From assembly GCA_000146465.1 (NCBI GenBank), contig CP001944.1: a DNA stretch of 64,000 nucleotides. One strand, 5' to 3'. Shown piece by piece: positions 56,310 through 64,000 of the stretch; the stretch's first letter is position 1; each line of letters opens with the position of its first letter. The translations under genes were made by a program, and so were the position numbers. The notes under the pieces were generated by a model that was given only the letters and a program-made list of their open reading frames with translations, had not been told where the DNA came from and ran no database searches.

Positions 56310-57143
56310 ATGTTGCTTAGAAGAGTTCGGCTACCAAACAAGCCGCTGGTGATATTGTCTTGGAAGAACTCTGTATACATTGGAGATGCCCACGGAGTTG
56401 TGTATGAGATGAAGCATCCGTATATTGCTCCAGTGGCCATATTCCAATCTCCAGGACCGGTATCTGCGTTGGATGGAGCAGAATGCCTGTACTATGGGAA
56501 TTGGGATGGAGACATAGGAATAGTTGGCGGAGGAAAGATTAATCTGGGAAACCATATGGTGAAGTGCATGGTTGTTCACGGAGACACAGTGTATGCCTCG
56601 GTGGGTTTGATGGTATATGGTCTAAGTCTTGAATTGAAGATAAAGTGTTCTTACGAGGTTAAGCACAAGGTTTTGTGTATGACTTCCTTCCAAGGGTCGG
56701 TCTATTGTGGCATGGGAGTGTCATTTCTATCACGCATTCATAATGGGCTTGAGATTGTTGGAAGGAGTTTGCATGATACCTCGATCTTTTGCATTTCAGG
56801 AGAGTATACCGGATCTGCAGACGGAAAAGTCCTAAAGCAGGATTACGATGAATTAGAGAATGCTAAAGAGATCTACAGAGGGAAAAACTGGATCAGATCA
56901 ATGTACAACCAGCATTTATTTTCTGATGGAAGAGATGTAATGGGTGACATTGATGGTCTGAAGGGAAGCTTGGGGAGCGGAGTAAAGCTCATGTATTCTC
57001 ATGAAGAAGATGTGGTGGGAGTGGTTAGAGTAGGAGGCATGATTATCTCGATTGGACTGGACTACTGCTGCACCATCCTTGAAGTGGAGCCAAGCCTCAG
57101 CATGGAGGAAGAAAAGGAACTAGCGGAGCTTATGAACGGATAG
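56310..57143 (+). CDS. Hypothetical protein, 277 aa (Gly-rich, beta-rich)
   Basis: ATG at 56310 begins an uninterrupted ORF that fills the gap between PI4K and the next gene. No confident family. Confidence 0.5.
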   Translation: MLLRRVRLPNKPLVILSWKNSVYIGDAHGVVYEMKHPYIAPVAIFQSPGPVSALDGAECLYYGNWDGDIGIVGGGKINLGNHMVKCMVVHGDTVYASVGLMVYGLSLELKIKCSYEVKHKVLCMTSFQGSVYCGMGVSFLSRIHNGLEIVGRSLHDTSIFCISGEYTGSADGKVLKQDYDELENAKEIYRGKNWIRSMYNQHLFSDGRDVMGDIDGLKGSLGSGVKLMYSHEEDVVGVVRVGGMIISIGLDYCCTILEVEPSLSMEEEKELAELMNG

Positions 57144-57222
57144 GGTGTTCTGTTTAACAGAATGTGGAAGCCTATTTGTTATGACAATGCTTAAGGCCTA
57201 GGAAGTCGTAAACAAAGCCAAA

Positions 57223-57477
57223 ATGTTTCTGCCTCCTGAAGCAAACACAAGGGAGAGAAGAAGATTTGATCTGGACGACCTCCGGGTTTACTATCTAATA
57301 TGTGAGGAGCTTGGGATAGCTGAGGAGGAGCACATCCAAAAATCTTTCTATTACCTTATGAAATGGGCAGGGCAAGATAAGTTTGATGGAGAGGTGGGGC
57401 TTCTTAGGAATTACATAATGAAGATTAGAAAAGAAAAGCAAAATAAGCCTGGTGAGTGGAGCATGCTAAGGATGTAA
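57223..57477 (+). CDS. Small hypothetical acidic protein (84 aa)
   Basis: ATG at 57223. The ORF fits the intergenic space exactly. No confident family. Confidence 0.35.
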   Translation: MFLPPEANTRERRRFDLDDLRVYYLICEELGIAEEEHIQKSFYYLMKWAGQDKFDGEVGLLRNYIMKIRKEKQNKPGEWSMLRM

Positions 57478-57570
57478 GAGAAGATGCTCCTTATACCCTA
57501 AATAAAAAAATCCAGATGGCTTCAGTCCTCCTTTCGCCAATTTGATTCCCCAATACTATTTTATTTATCA

Positions 57571-58080
57571 CTATCCACGAGTCTGGTAGACCATCAACAA
57601 GGCACATGAGAGAACAACAATTATAACAAACTCTATCATGCCGAACAGAATGATCAGGATCGGCAGAAAAGAAGGCTTTTCCGATAGAATTCTGAATCCT
57701 CGTTTTCCAAGGGCCGAGCAGACCTTCCCGGATATGGCTGCCGTCATCCCTACCATCATACATGCCGAGAAGTATGAAATGCTCTTTCCCATGTCTAGCT
57801 TTTCATCGATGTTGGTCGCGATGATTAAGGCAACAAGGAAGCTGCTGAAAAATATTGTTGATATCATTATCATGATAAAGTATGTGGGCCCGAGTATGGA
57901 TCTATTCTGACTGCATAGAATCGATGCTGCTCCCGAGGAAACCATGCCTTCGCATGCACCATAAACTGCAAGGGCTATCTCAATGGCAAGGCCCAAGGAG
58001 ACAATCGAGAGAGCTGTATCACTGTCACTGCCTGCCTCCATCGGAATGATGGGTCCCACCAACAAAAACATCAAATTCAT
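57571..58080 (-). CDS. V-type ATPase proteolipid subunit c-like (16 kDa, 4 TM), divergent
   Basis: ATG at 58080. It has two Gly/Ala-rich helical hairpins: AIEIALAVYGACEGMVSSGAAS... and ...FGMIEFVIIVV with a conserved acidic residue in TM4. This matches the duplicated c-subunit architecture. Confidence 0.65.
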   Translation of the reverse strand: MNLMFLLVGPIIPMEAGSDSDTALSIVSLGLAIEIALAVYGACEGMVSSGAASILCSQNRSILGPTYFIMIMISTIFFSSFLVALIIATNIDEKLDMGKSISYFSACMMVGMTAAISGKVCSALGKRGFRILSEKPSFLPILIILFGMIEFVIIVVLSCALLMVYQTRG

Positions 58081-58112
58081 TCACTTTGAAAACAAGATCC
58101 CCGACGCTTTCA

Positions 58113-58721
58113 ATGGGGTTGCTTAAGTACCATGGGGTGACCGAGCTGTCGGGAAAGCCTGGATCTGGAAAGACTGCCATTGCCATCGAGGAGTCGAAGG
58201 AGTTTCCAACCATATATCTGACAACAACAGCGTTCTGCATAGAGAGATACAAGGGGTCGTCTAAAGAGGTGATGGATCGTGTGGTTATAAAGTACATCCC
58301 GACTATCGGGCATCTGGCATCTTTTGCTATGAACTCGATAGAGAGGATTGTTGTGGAAAGTAACACCAGGTTGATTATCATAGATAGCTTGGATCATCTT
58401 CTTGCCACAGAAGGCATGGGGATGTCGCGGGGTGTTCTTTTTGGAATCATCAATAAGCTCAAAAGAGTGAGCCAAAAGCATTTGGTGAATATTTTGGTCG
58501 TTACATGTCACTACGGGACCTGGACTGTTGGGTCCTTTTGCATACCCAATCCTGTCCTTGGGCTTCAATGGATGTATATGGTGAACACGAAATACATTTG
58601 CAGCAGAAACGGAGAGAAAAGAACGCTTAAGCTTGTTCGTTCTCCTTTGGCAAGCTCTGGGACGTGGGAGTTTGAGATTGGGCCGTCTAGGGTATATATT
58701 GTGTCGGAAGCCTTTGAGTAA
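58113..58721 (+). CDS. RecA/Rad51-like ATPase (Rad51-paralog-sized, about 200 aa)
   Basis: ORF-track start is TTG. The first ATG is at 58113, preceded by gatccccgacgc. Walker A GVTELSGKPGSGKTAIAI and Walker B-like RLIIIDSLDHLL. Confidence 0.6.
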   Translation: MGLLKYHGVTELSGKPGSGKTAIAIEESKEFPTIYLTTTAFCIERYKGSSKEVMDRVVIKYIPTIGHLASFAMNSIERIVVESNTRLIIIDSLDHLLATEGMGMSRGVLFGIINKLKRVSQKHLVNILVVTCHYGTWTVGSFCIPNPVLGLQWMYMVNTKYICSRNGEKRTLKLVRSPLASSGTWEFEIGPSRVYIVSEAFE

Positions 58722-58777
58722 GGCCTATCTCACTGTCTCTAGTAAATATTTTATGCTTCTTAAACCGTTTATATTCC

Positions 58778-59149
58778 ATGACAGACAGAACAGGACCTCC
58801 TCTCAGGATCCTCTCGGATTCGCTCAGGAAGTTTAGATATATCTCTGGTGCCATGTTTTACGGCAGAAGGGAGGTGTCTCTCATAGAGGTTGCTGGAGTG
58901 TGTGTCCATAGAGATGGGAAGCTTGCTCGGATGCTAGATTTCTGTGGAGAGGTCCTGATTGAAACAGGAGGCCAAGAGATCTTCTTGGACTTGGCGTATC
59001 TGTTGGTGTGTAGAGTGTACATGAAAGATGGAAGAATGAACTTGTGTTGCAAATCCGCAAGGAGGCTGGGAATTTTTGAAGAGATGTTCTTTTGGGCAGA
59101 GGCTTCTAACCTAAGAAGATCATTAAAATACAACCGAAACAGACATTGA
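58778..59149 (+). CDS. Hypothetical protein, 123 aa
   Basis: ATG at 58778. The ORF exactly fills the interval between neighbouring genes. No confident family. Confidence 0.4.
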   Translation: MTDRTGPPLRILSDSLRKFRYISGAMFYGRREVSLIEVAGVCVHRDGKLARMLDFCGEVLIETGGQEIFLDLAYLLVCRVYMKDGRMNLCCKSARRLGIFEEMFFWAEASNLRRSLKYNRNRH

Positions 59150-59158
59150 AATTTAATA

Positions 59159-59677
59159 TTAAAGATTGCTTGTCTTCAGGTCCTTTGAGACGTTGGAAAC
59201 AATCTTGTTTTCAGGTTTTTCAAGTAGCTCCGGGTCCGAATACCCCATTTGGAGATGGACAGCATATTTGCTCCTGTCAAGAACCTCTTTACTGAATTCA
59301 ATCTTGGATTTGGTGGCAAGAGCAGGCCCAATAAATGGCCCTTTAAATATCTTTTCCTTTTGCAACTGCCTGCTTAGTGCATAAAGACATATGACAACCT
59401 GTTTCAGATCCTTTGCTTCAAATAGGTCGTTGGTCTGAAATAGCTCGTATTCATTCATCTTGAGTTTTTTAAGTCCGTTAATAAACGAGCATATGTTTTC
59501 CCTTTGCACAAATATTTGCTTGGACTCCTTATACTTGACATCGAGTTTTGAAACCTTATTAAGGAATCTGCAGAGCCTTACTCCATCCTTGAATAGGTCA
59601 TGGAATGTCCCAGCTTCAAACTTCTCTCCAAGGACAGTCTGGATCCATAGTGTCACTTCCTCTTGTTGCTTATCCAT
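59159..59677 (-). CDS. Calponin/transgelin-like protein with calponin-homology (CH) domain
   Basis: ATG at 59677. QQEEVTLWIQTVLGEKFEAGTFHDLFKDGVRLCRFLNKV...ENICSFINGLKKL...DLFEAKDLKQVVICLYAL is a CH domain. Confidence 0.75.
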   Translation of the reverse strand: MDKQQEEVTLWIQTVLGEKFEAGTFHDLFKDGVRLCRFLNKVSKLDVKYKESKQIFVQRENICSFINGLKKLKMNEYELFQTNDLFEAKDLKQVVICLYALSRQLQKEKIFKGPFIGPALATKSKIEFSKEVLDRSKYAVHLQMGYSDPELLEKPENKIVSNVSKDLKTSNL

Positions 59678-59781
59678 TCCAGGGCATCTGTTTTATGATT
59701 TACTTATCAAACCAGCATCAACAAAAATTAAGGTTCAATAATATAGCCATCCAAAAGGGGAATAATTGAGACATGGAGATT

Positions 59782-61335
59782 TTATTGGGTTGCTCCCTTG
59801 GGCTTCTGGATAAGGAAGTCTAAGAATACAATCATGGTTACCACTGTTACAATGGAGGTGACCAATGTACTAAAGAGAAGCGACAGAACAAAAATCCCTG
59901 TCACTGCCCATGAGGCTGTGCAAGTGGTTAGAAGGAGGAATAAGAAGATTGTCTTAATGGCTCCCATTCGGTCTCTATGGAGATTGACTTTCTTTCCTTC
60001 AAGATCTGTGGTAAGGATTTCATATGTAACTTGTAAGCTCCCATGGCAAAGTCTGTTTATGAAGTATCTCTGTAAACCTATTGCTGAATCTCTTAATGTG
60101 TCAATGGGCCTTTGCTTTCTTCTGGAAAGGAAATGGCTCTTCAGGGCAAACGATCCTGAGTATTGCATCGAGAGAGAGTTCCCATTTTTGTACCACAGGT
60201 ACTTCATCTGGTCGTAGATATTCTCCTTATTTCCAATGTCGAAGTGGGAAAGTTGTTTGGAAAGAACATGCTCTCCAATGATGAACTGAGATATGTTTGT
60301 TCTGTCCAAGCAATCAATACAATTTGTACGAATAACACCATTTTGAGAACTTTCTGGCCCTTTGTATCCAAATAGGGAAAGAGTTTCGTCTACTAGACCC
60401 AGAAATCTCTCCTGAGTATCACCTTCGAAAATCCCTCCTTCCTCAAAGAAATTGAAGTGTACTCCCTTCTTGTTGTTTCCAAGCAATTCACTTTCATATG
60501 CATCGTGTAATTCTCCTTCGTATCCAGAGCTTCTTATGAGGTTCAGATATAAAACATCGCCATACTTGCTCCTCATTATGTCGTCGGCTAGGTGAAGTAT
60601 TTTCCTATTGCTGATAACTATCTTTGGATTGTATTCTCTCCCAAGAACATGCTTCCACATCAAAGGAATCGACCCTCGAACCTGTAGGTGCGATGTGGTC
60701 TTCTCCCCCTCATAAACAATCTGCTCCGTCTCAACATAGTTCGAGACATATCCCGATGAATCCGATCCTCTGGAAAAGTATCTTGCTCCTGCTCTTCTCC
60801 AAGACCTTCTTGAAATCAGTCTCAAACATACTGCTCCAACATCTATGGACCCAAAAAACCCCTGTATGCAGCTCAGAGAAAACAGAGATCCTTGATCTCC
60901 AACATGTTTTAGGAACCTCTCAAGTGGCAGGGAGTTGAAGAGGAAATCCAAGTCGTCGTCCTTCTTTATACTTATCGACTTGTGAAGGGGATATGTGCTG
61001 AAATAAATCCCTGTATTTCGGAGAAACTTTCTTACCTCTTTCATCTCACTTGAGAAGTTCTCTGTCTTCGACCTCTTTAGCCGAATGATTTCTACATCTT
61101 GGATCTCGTAGACAGCATGTTCATACATCATTCCTCTTAAAACAGCATCTACAACCAGAATGAGATAAGAGGACTTGGAAATCGTAACTATTCCATAAAC
61201 TCCGTATGAGTGATAAACAGACTTTCCCGAGTCCATCTTTTGTCTCTTCAAGATCAGAGTTGTGTTCTTATCGATATTCTCGAGCATGATTTCCTCTGGA
61301 GAGGTAGAGACTTTCAAACTTGTTCCCATATTCAT
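59782..61335 (-). CDS. SAC1: SAC1 phosphoinositide phosphatase
   Basis: ATG at 61335. The Sac-domain catalytic motif is RTNCIDCLDRTN. Two C-terminal TM helices are present. Confidence 0.9.
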   Translation of the reverse strand: MNMGTSLKVSTSPEEIMLENIDKNTTLILKRQKMDSGKSVYHSYGVYGIVTISKSSYLILVVDAVLRGMMYEHAVYEIQDVEIIRLKRSKTENFSSEMKEVRKFLRNTGIYFSTYPLHKSISIKKDDDLDFLFNSLPLERFLKHVGDQGSLFSLSCIQGFFGSIDVGAVCLRLISRRSWRRAGARYFSRGSDSSGYVSNYVETEQIVYEGEKTTSHLQVRGSIPLMWKHVLGREYNPKIVISNRKILHLADDIMRSKYGDVLYLNLIRSSGYEGELHDAYESELLGNNKKGVHFNFFEEGGIFEGDTQERFLGLVDETLSLFGYKGPESSQNGVIRTNCIDCLDRTNISQFIIGEHVLSKQLSHFDIGNKENIYDQMKYLWYKNGNSLSMQYSGSFALKSHFLSRRKQRPIDTLRDSAIGLQRYFINRLCHGSLQVTYEILTTDLEGKKVNLHRDRMGAIKTIFLFLLLTTCTASWAVTGIFVLSLLFSTLVTSIVTVVTMIVFLDFLIQKPKGATQ

Positions 61336-61646
61336 TCCAGGGGTCTTCAGGGTTGGGAAAATATTGATTATATGAAATAATGATTTATCTCATCATAGAC
61401 CAAGAATTTTGAAAGTAGAGGAGATATGAAGCGAAAGGGTAGTATAAAGAACAAGAAAAAAAGAAAGGCGAAAATTATATCTTCTACAAGCAATGGCATG
61501 CAGTGTCCATTGGTCGATCCCATTATACAAGAGAGATAAGTAAGTCTCCTTGCAGCAGACCTAGCAGTTTCCTCTCCCTAATTAACTTGTTAAAGAAATA
61601 TAATTTATCTTTCGGTCTCTTAAATAATTCGAAAATTGTTGGGGGT

Positions 61647-62330
61647 ATGGACAACTTTGGAGGCAACTTCTTTAATTCTTATAACAATAACTCTACCAGA
61701 GAGACAGAAGGAAGCCAATACTTTGATCCTTACTTTGTCAAGCATCGAAAAAGAACAACGAAAGCACAGCTCAAGGTTCTGGAGGAAACCTTCGAGACCA
61801 ACATCCGGCCGGATGCAAACATGAGGAAGAAGCTTGGGGAAGAGCTAGGAATGACGCCTAGAAGTGTCCAAGTATGGTTCCAGAACAGAAGGGCAAAAAT
61901 CAAAAAGCTCACACAGAAGAAGATGATGCAGCAAGAAAACACAGACAACACCAAGGGCCAGGAGACAGCCCATACACCAAGCCCATCAAAAGAAAGCAAA
62001 TACAACGGCTATCACCCATACATGCCCATCCAGGGACCTTTAGAAGAGTTCAATGTATATCCAAGAGATAACAGCATCTATAAACATGCAATACCGCAAG
62101 GAATGGGATCTCCGGTGATGTATGAGGGCTTTGGATACAGAGGGCATGAAGAATACGGATATCCCTATGTACAGAGATATGGAAACGGAGAGTACTATCA
62201 AATGCAATATCCGTATGGGATGATGCAGGCTCAATGGCACCAACCTCCAGGATTCCGTGACGAAGATTACTATCGCTCTACTAGAAAACAGCAATATAGA
62301 GGAGGCGCACCCAATCCTGAAAAGATGTAG
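61647..62330 (+). CDS. Homeobox transcription factor
   Basis: ORF-track start is GTG. The first ATG is at 61647, preceded by gaaaattgttggggg. Homeodomain KHRKRTTKAQLKVLEETFETNIRPDANMRKKLGEELGMTPRSVQVWFQNRRAKIKKL. The C-terminus is Tyr/Gln/Pro-rich. Confidence 0.8.
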   Translation: MDNFGGNFFNSYNNNSTRETEGSQYFDPYFVKHRKRTTKAQLKVLEETFETNIRPDANMRKKLGEELGMTPRSVQVWFQNRRAKIKKLTQKKMMQQENTDNTKGQETAHTPSPSKESKYNGYHPYMPIQGPLEEFNVYPRDNSIYKHAIPQGMGSPVMYEGFGYRGHEEYGYPYVQRYGNGEYYQMQYPYGMMQAQWHQPPGFRDEDYYRSTRKQQYRGGAPNPEKM

Positions 62331-62845
62331 TCTTCGCTGGGGTATGTCCATAAATTCACGGCCTGCAAGAATTAGACTTGCCACAGAATTTTATATCTTT
62401 AATAATATTAAAACTTTAGGTAAATGCCTTGGTCTTGGTAAGACCATTTTTGCAATTTATCTACTTACATTTGTATTAATAAAAAGGAGAAATTCAGGAA
62501 GAAAACGAAATAAAGCGTAGAAGGCCCATTTAATACCAGGCATTACTTGTATCGGCATAGACATCCATGGGATCCGCTTTTTGAGCACTTGGAATCTTCT
62601 TTTCTGTCCGAATCCGAGCACCTACACTTTTCCATCTCTCCCGATGAGCAGGGGGGACATTTGCATGAGTTATCAACGCATTCACTGTTCTTACAAGTCT
62701 TATTTCCCTTCATAGAGCTTTGTTTTTTTGTCTATAAAAGCTTTCAGATGACCATTGAAACAACTCCAACTCATTTCGATAGCTGTCATTATGAATGGTG
62801 CCATCTGACAAATGATTGTGGTCTTCCACTACACCCAAGCTCAGG

Positions 62846-64000
62846 TTAAAACCTATCCATTGGAGGATCAAAGAGAATGCTATCTTCGTGAGCCTCCCCT
62901 CTCCTTCTGAAATAACGTATTCCAATAAAGATGAGATATGACAAGATGAAGATGGCAAGGAAAATGAATACAATTGTGATAACATCGCTAGGAAATCCCC
63001 AAAAGTGGAAAATAGATCGTTGAGAACGGCTTCCACATTCCAAACGAGGTATCTTTAGCACATTGTATGATCCTCTGCTATTCCAGAATGAGTTCTGATT
63101 CAGATATCCCCAGATTTGAGAGAATGTAGCTCTTGGAGATGTTTCTAGGAAAAGAGCAATCGAGCTTGCAACTATTGCTGCCGATAGGCTAGTCCCTGCA
63201 GCACTGTTTTCTCGAAGAACCTCCTCTCCCAGTGCAAATATCCTCACACAATCTCCATGATTTGAGAATTTGGATACTCCAGCATACTTGTTTACAGACC
63301 CGACGTTGATGACTGACTTCGAGCTTCCAGGAGAGTAATTGCAGGACTGGTCGTGGAGATTTCCAGCGGGTGTGACAACTACCATTCCTCGACTAGATAT
63401 ATGGTCGACAACAGCGTTTAAAGCCTCGGAATAAGGCCCGGAAACCCCAAAAACAAGAATCCCTGGCCCTCCTTTGCTTTCAAGGCTTTCTAATCCGTAA
63501 ATCATGTCAGAAAGCATAACCTTTCCATCGCACCCGACTACATCAAGGACATTCAGATGACTGTCCTTGGCAAATCCAGTATCTCTTCCCACCAGAAGAG
63601 AGGCCATCGTGTCTCCGTGCGTGTTGCATGATTCGAGACGTCCACTTAGATTGCAGACGTTGTTTACAGGTTTGACTGTTGTATCCAGGAGAAATATGCT
63701 TACTCCCTTTCCAGTATGATAATATTCGTAGAACCCAAAAAAACTTGCCATCATTCTTTTGATCTGAAGTACTCGGAAGATCCAGTTGTCATAAAAGTAG
63801 TTGTTGAAGATGATATTTTCATAATACTTCATCAGATACATGTAGTTTGGAATGCTATTCTGAAATGCAGACACACCGTATATCTTGTCTTCCTCTATAT
63901 GCATGCCAATCCCACTACCTTTTTTCATCACATTCTCATTGTTTGAGCAAAAGGACACACCTGTAACATTCTTAGTATATTGTCTCTTGATCTTCCCGTT
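62846..64000 (-). CDS. Subtilisin-like serine protease (S8), 5'-partial, with C-terminal TM anchor
   Basis: The catalytic triad regions are SIFLLDTTV (Asp), HGDTMASLLVG (His) and GTSLSAAIVAS (Ser). The C-terminus IVFIFLAIFILSYLIFIGI is hydrophobic. The frame stays open from 63958 to the window edge. The ORF-track M at 63958 is a GTG, so the true start is probably beyond nt 64000. Confidence 0.78.
   Translation of the reverse strand, partial: NGKIKRQYTKNVTGVSFCSNNENVMKKGSGIGMHIEEDKIYGVSAFQNSIPNYMYLMKYYENIIFNNYFYDNWIFRVLQIKRMMASFFGFYEYYHTGKGVSIFLLDTTVKPVNNVCNLSGRLESCNTHGDTMASLLVGRDTGFAKDSHLNVLDVVGCDGKVMLSDMIYGLESLESKGGPGILVFGVSGPYSEALNAVVDHISSRGMVVVTPAGNLHDQSCNYSPGSSKSVINVGSVNKYAGVSKFSNHGDCVRIFALGEEVLRENSAAGTSLSAAIVASSIALFLETSPRATFSQIWGYLNQNSFWNSRGSYNVLKIPRLECGSRSQRSIFHFWGFPSDVITIVFIFLAIFILSYLIFIGIRYFRRRGEAHEDSILFDPPMDRF

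Noticed and set aside
62547-63036. His-rich 100-aa plus ORF and 108-aa minus ORF in the homeobox-subtilase spacer
   Set aside because: They are low-complexity with no homology. One overlaps the subtilase 3' end in another frame. I treat them as non-coding spacer, although the spacer itself is flagged as unusually long.
1-64000. Scan for rRNA, CRISPR arrays, transposons and long repeats
   Set aside because: No repeat-spacer periodicity, no rRNA-like conserved blocks, and no transposase, integrase or reverse-transcriptase ORFs were seen. Only short simple repeats were found: (ACGACA)3 in the CAP gene and T11 at 24884-24894.

Overview
This 64 kb window is an extremely gene-dense, intron-poor, eukaryotic stretch with intergenic spacers of about 10-170 bp. 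It has the character of a microsporidian (Encephalitozoon-like) core chromosome region. I support about 55 protein-coding genes on both strands, one tRNA-Phe(GAA), and one decayed protein-kinase pseudogene. I see no rRNA, CRISPR or transposon.

Genes I recognise with confidence:
- Cytoskeleton and basic metabolism: beta-tubulin, 6-phosphofructokinase.
- RNA and translation: DIS3/RRP44, ribosomal proteins S14, L34e and L7, Sm D3, CBP20, a U1A/U2B''-like protein.
- Ubiquitin system: ubiquitin-activating enzyme E1, a UBP14-type deubiquitinase, URM1.
- Replication and repair: FEN1, RNase H2A, ORC4, Cdc6/Orc1.
- Signalling: casein kinase I, haspin, a CAMK kinase.
- Membrane traffic and lipids: PI 4-kinase, SAC1, a Sec1/Munc18 protein, a syntaxin-like protein.
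- Others: 14-3-3, TFIIA large subunit, V-ATPase proteolipid, an MscS-like channel, a partial subtilisin, and three homeobox genes.

The six-frame ORF track writes GTG and TTG first codons as M. I therefore moved many gene starts to the first genuine ATG. Where possible I supported the new start with an AAATTT-(G)CCC-like motif 5-25 nt upstream.

Most interesting observations:
- A convergent paralogous homeobox pair with mating-type-locus-like architecture.
- A decayed Chk1-like kinase pseudogene next to an atypical membrane-anchored kinase.
- A secreted CAP/PR-1-domain protein with a mucin-like Ser/Thr-rich stalk.
- Tandem FAR-17a/AIG1-like membrane protein paralogs.
- Nearly identical promoter-like 28-mers upstream of RPS14 and beta-tubulin.
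- Several head-to-head gene pairs whose candidate start codons share a CATG palindrome.
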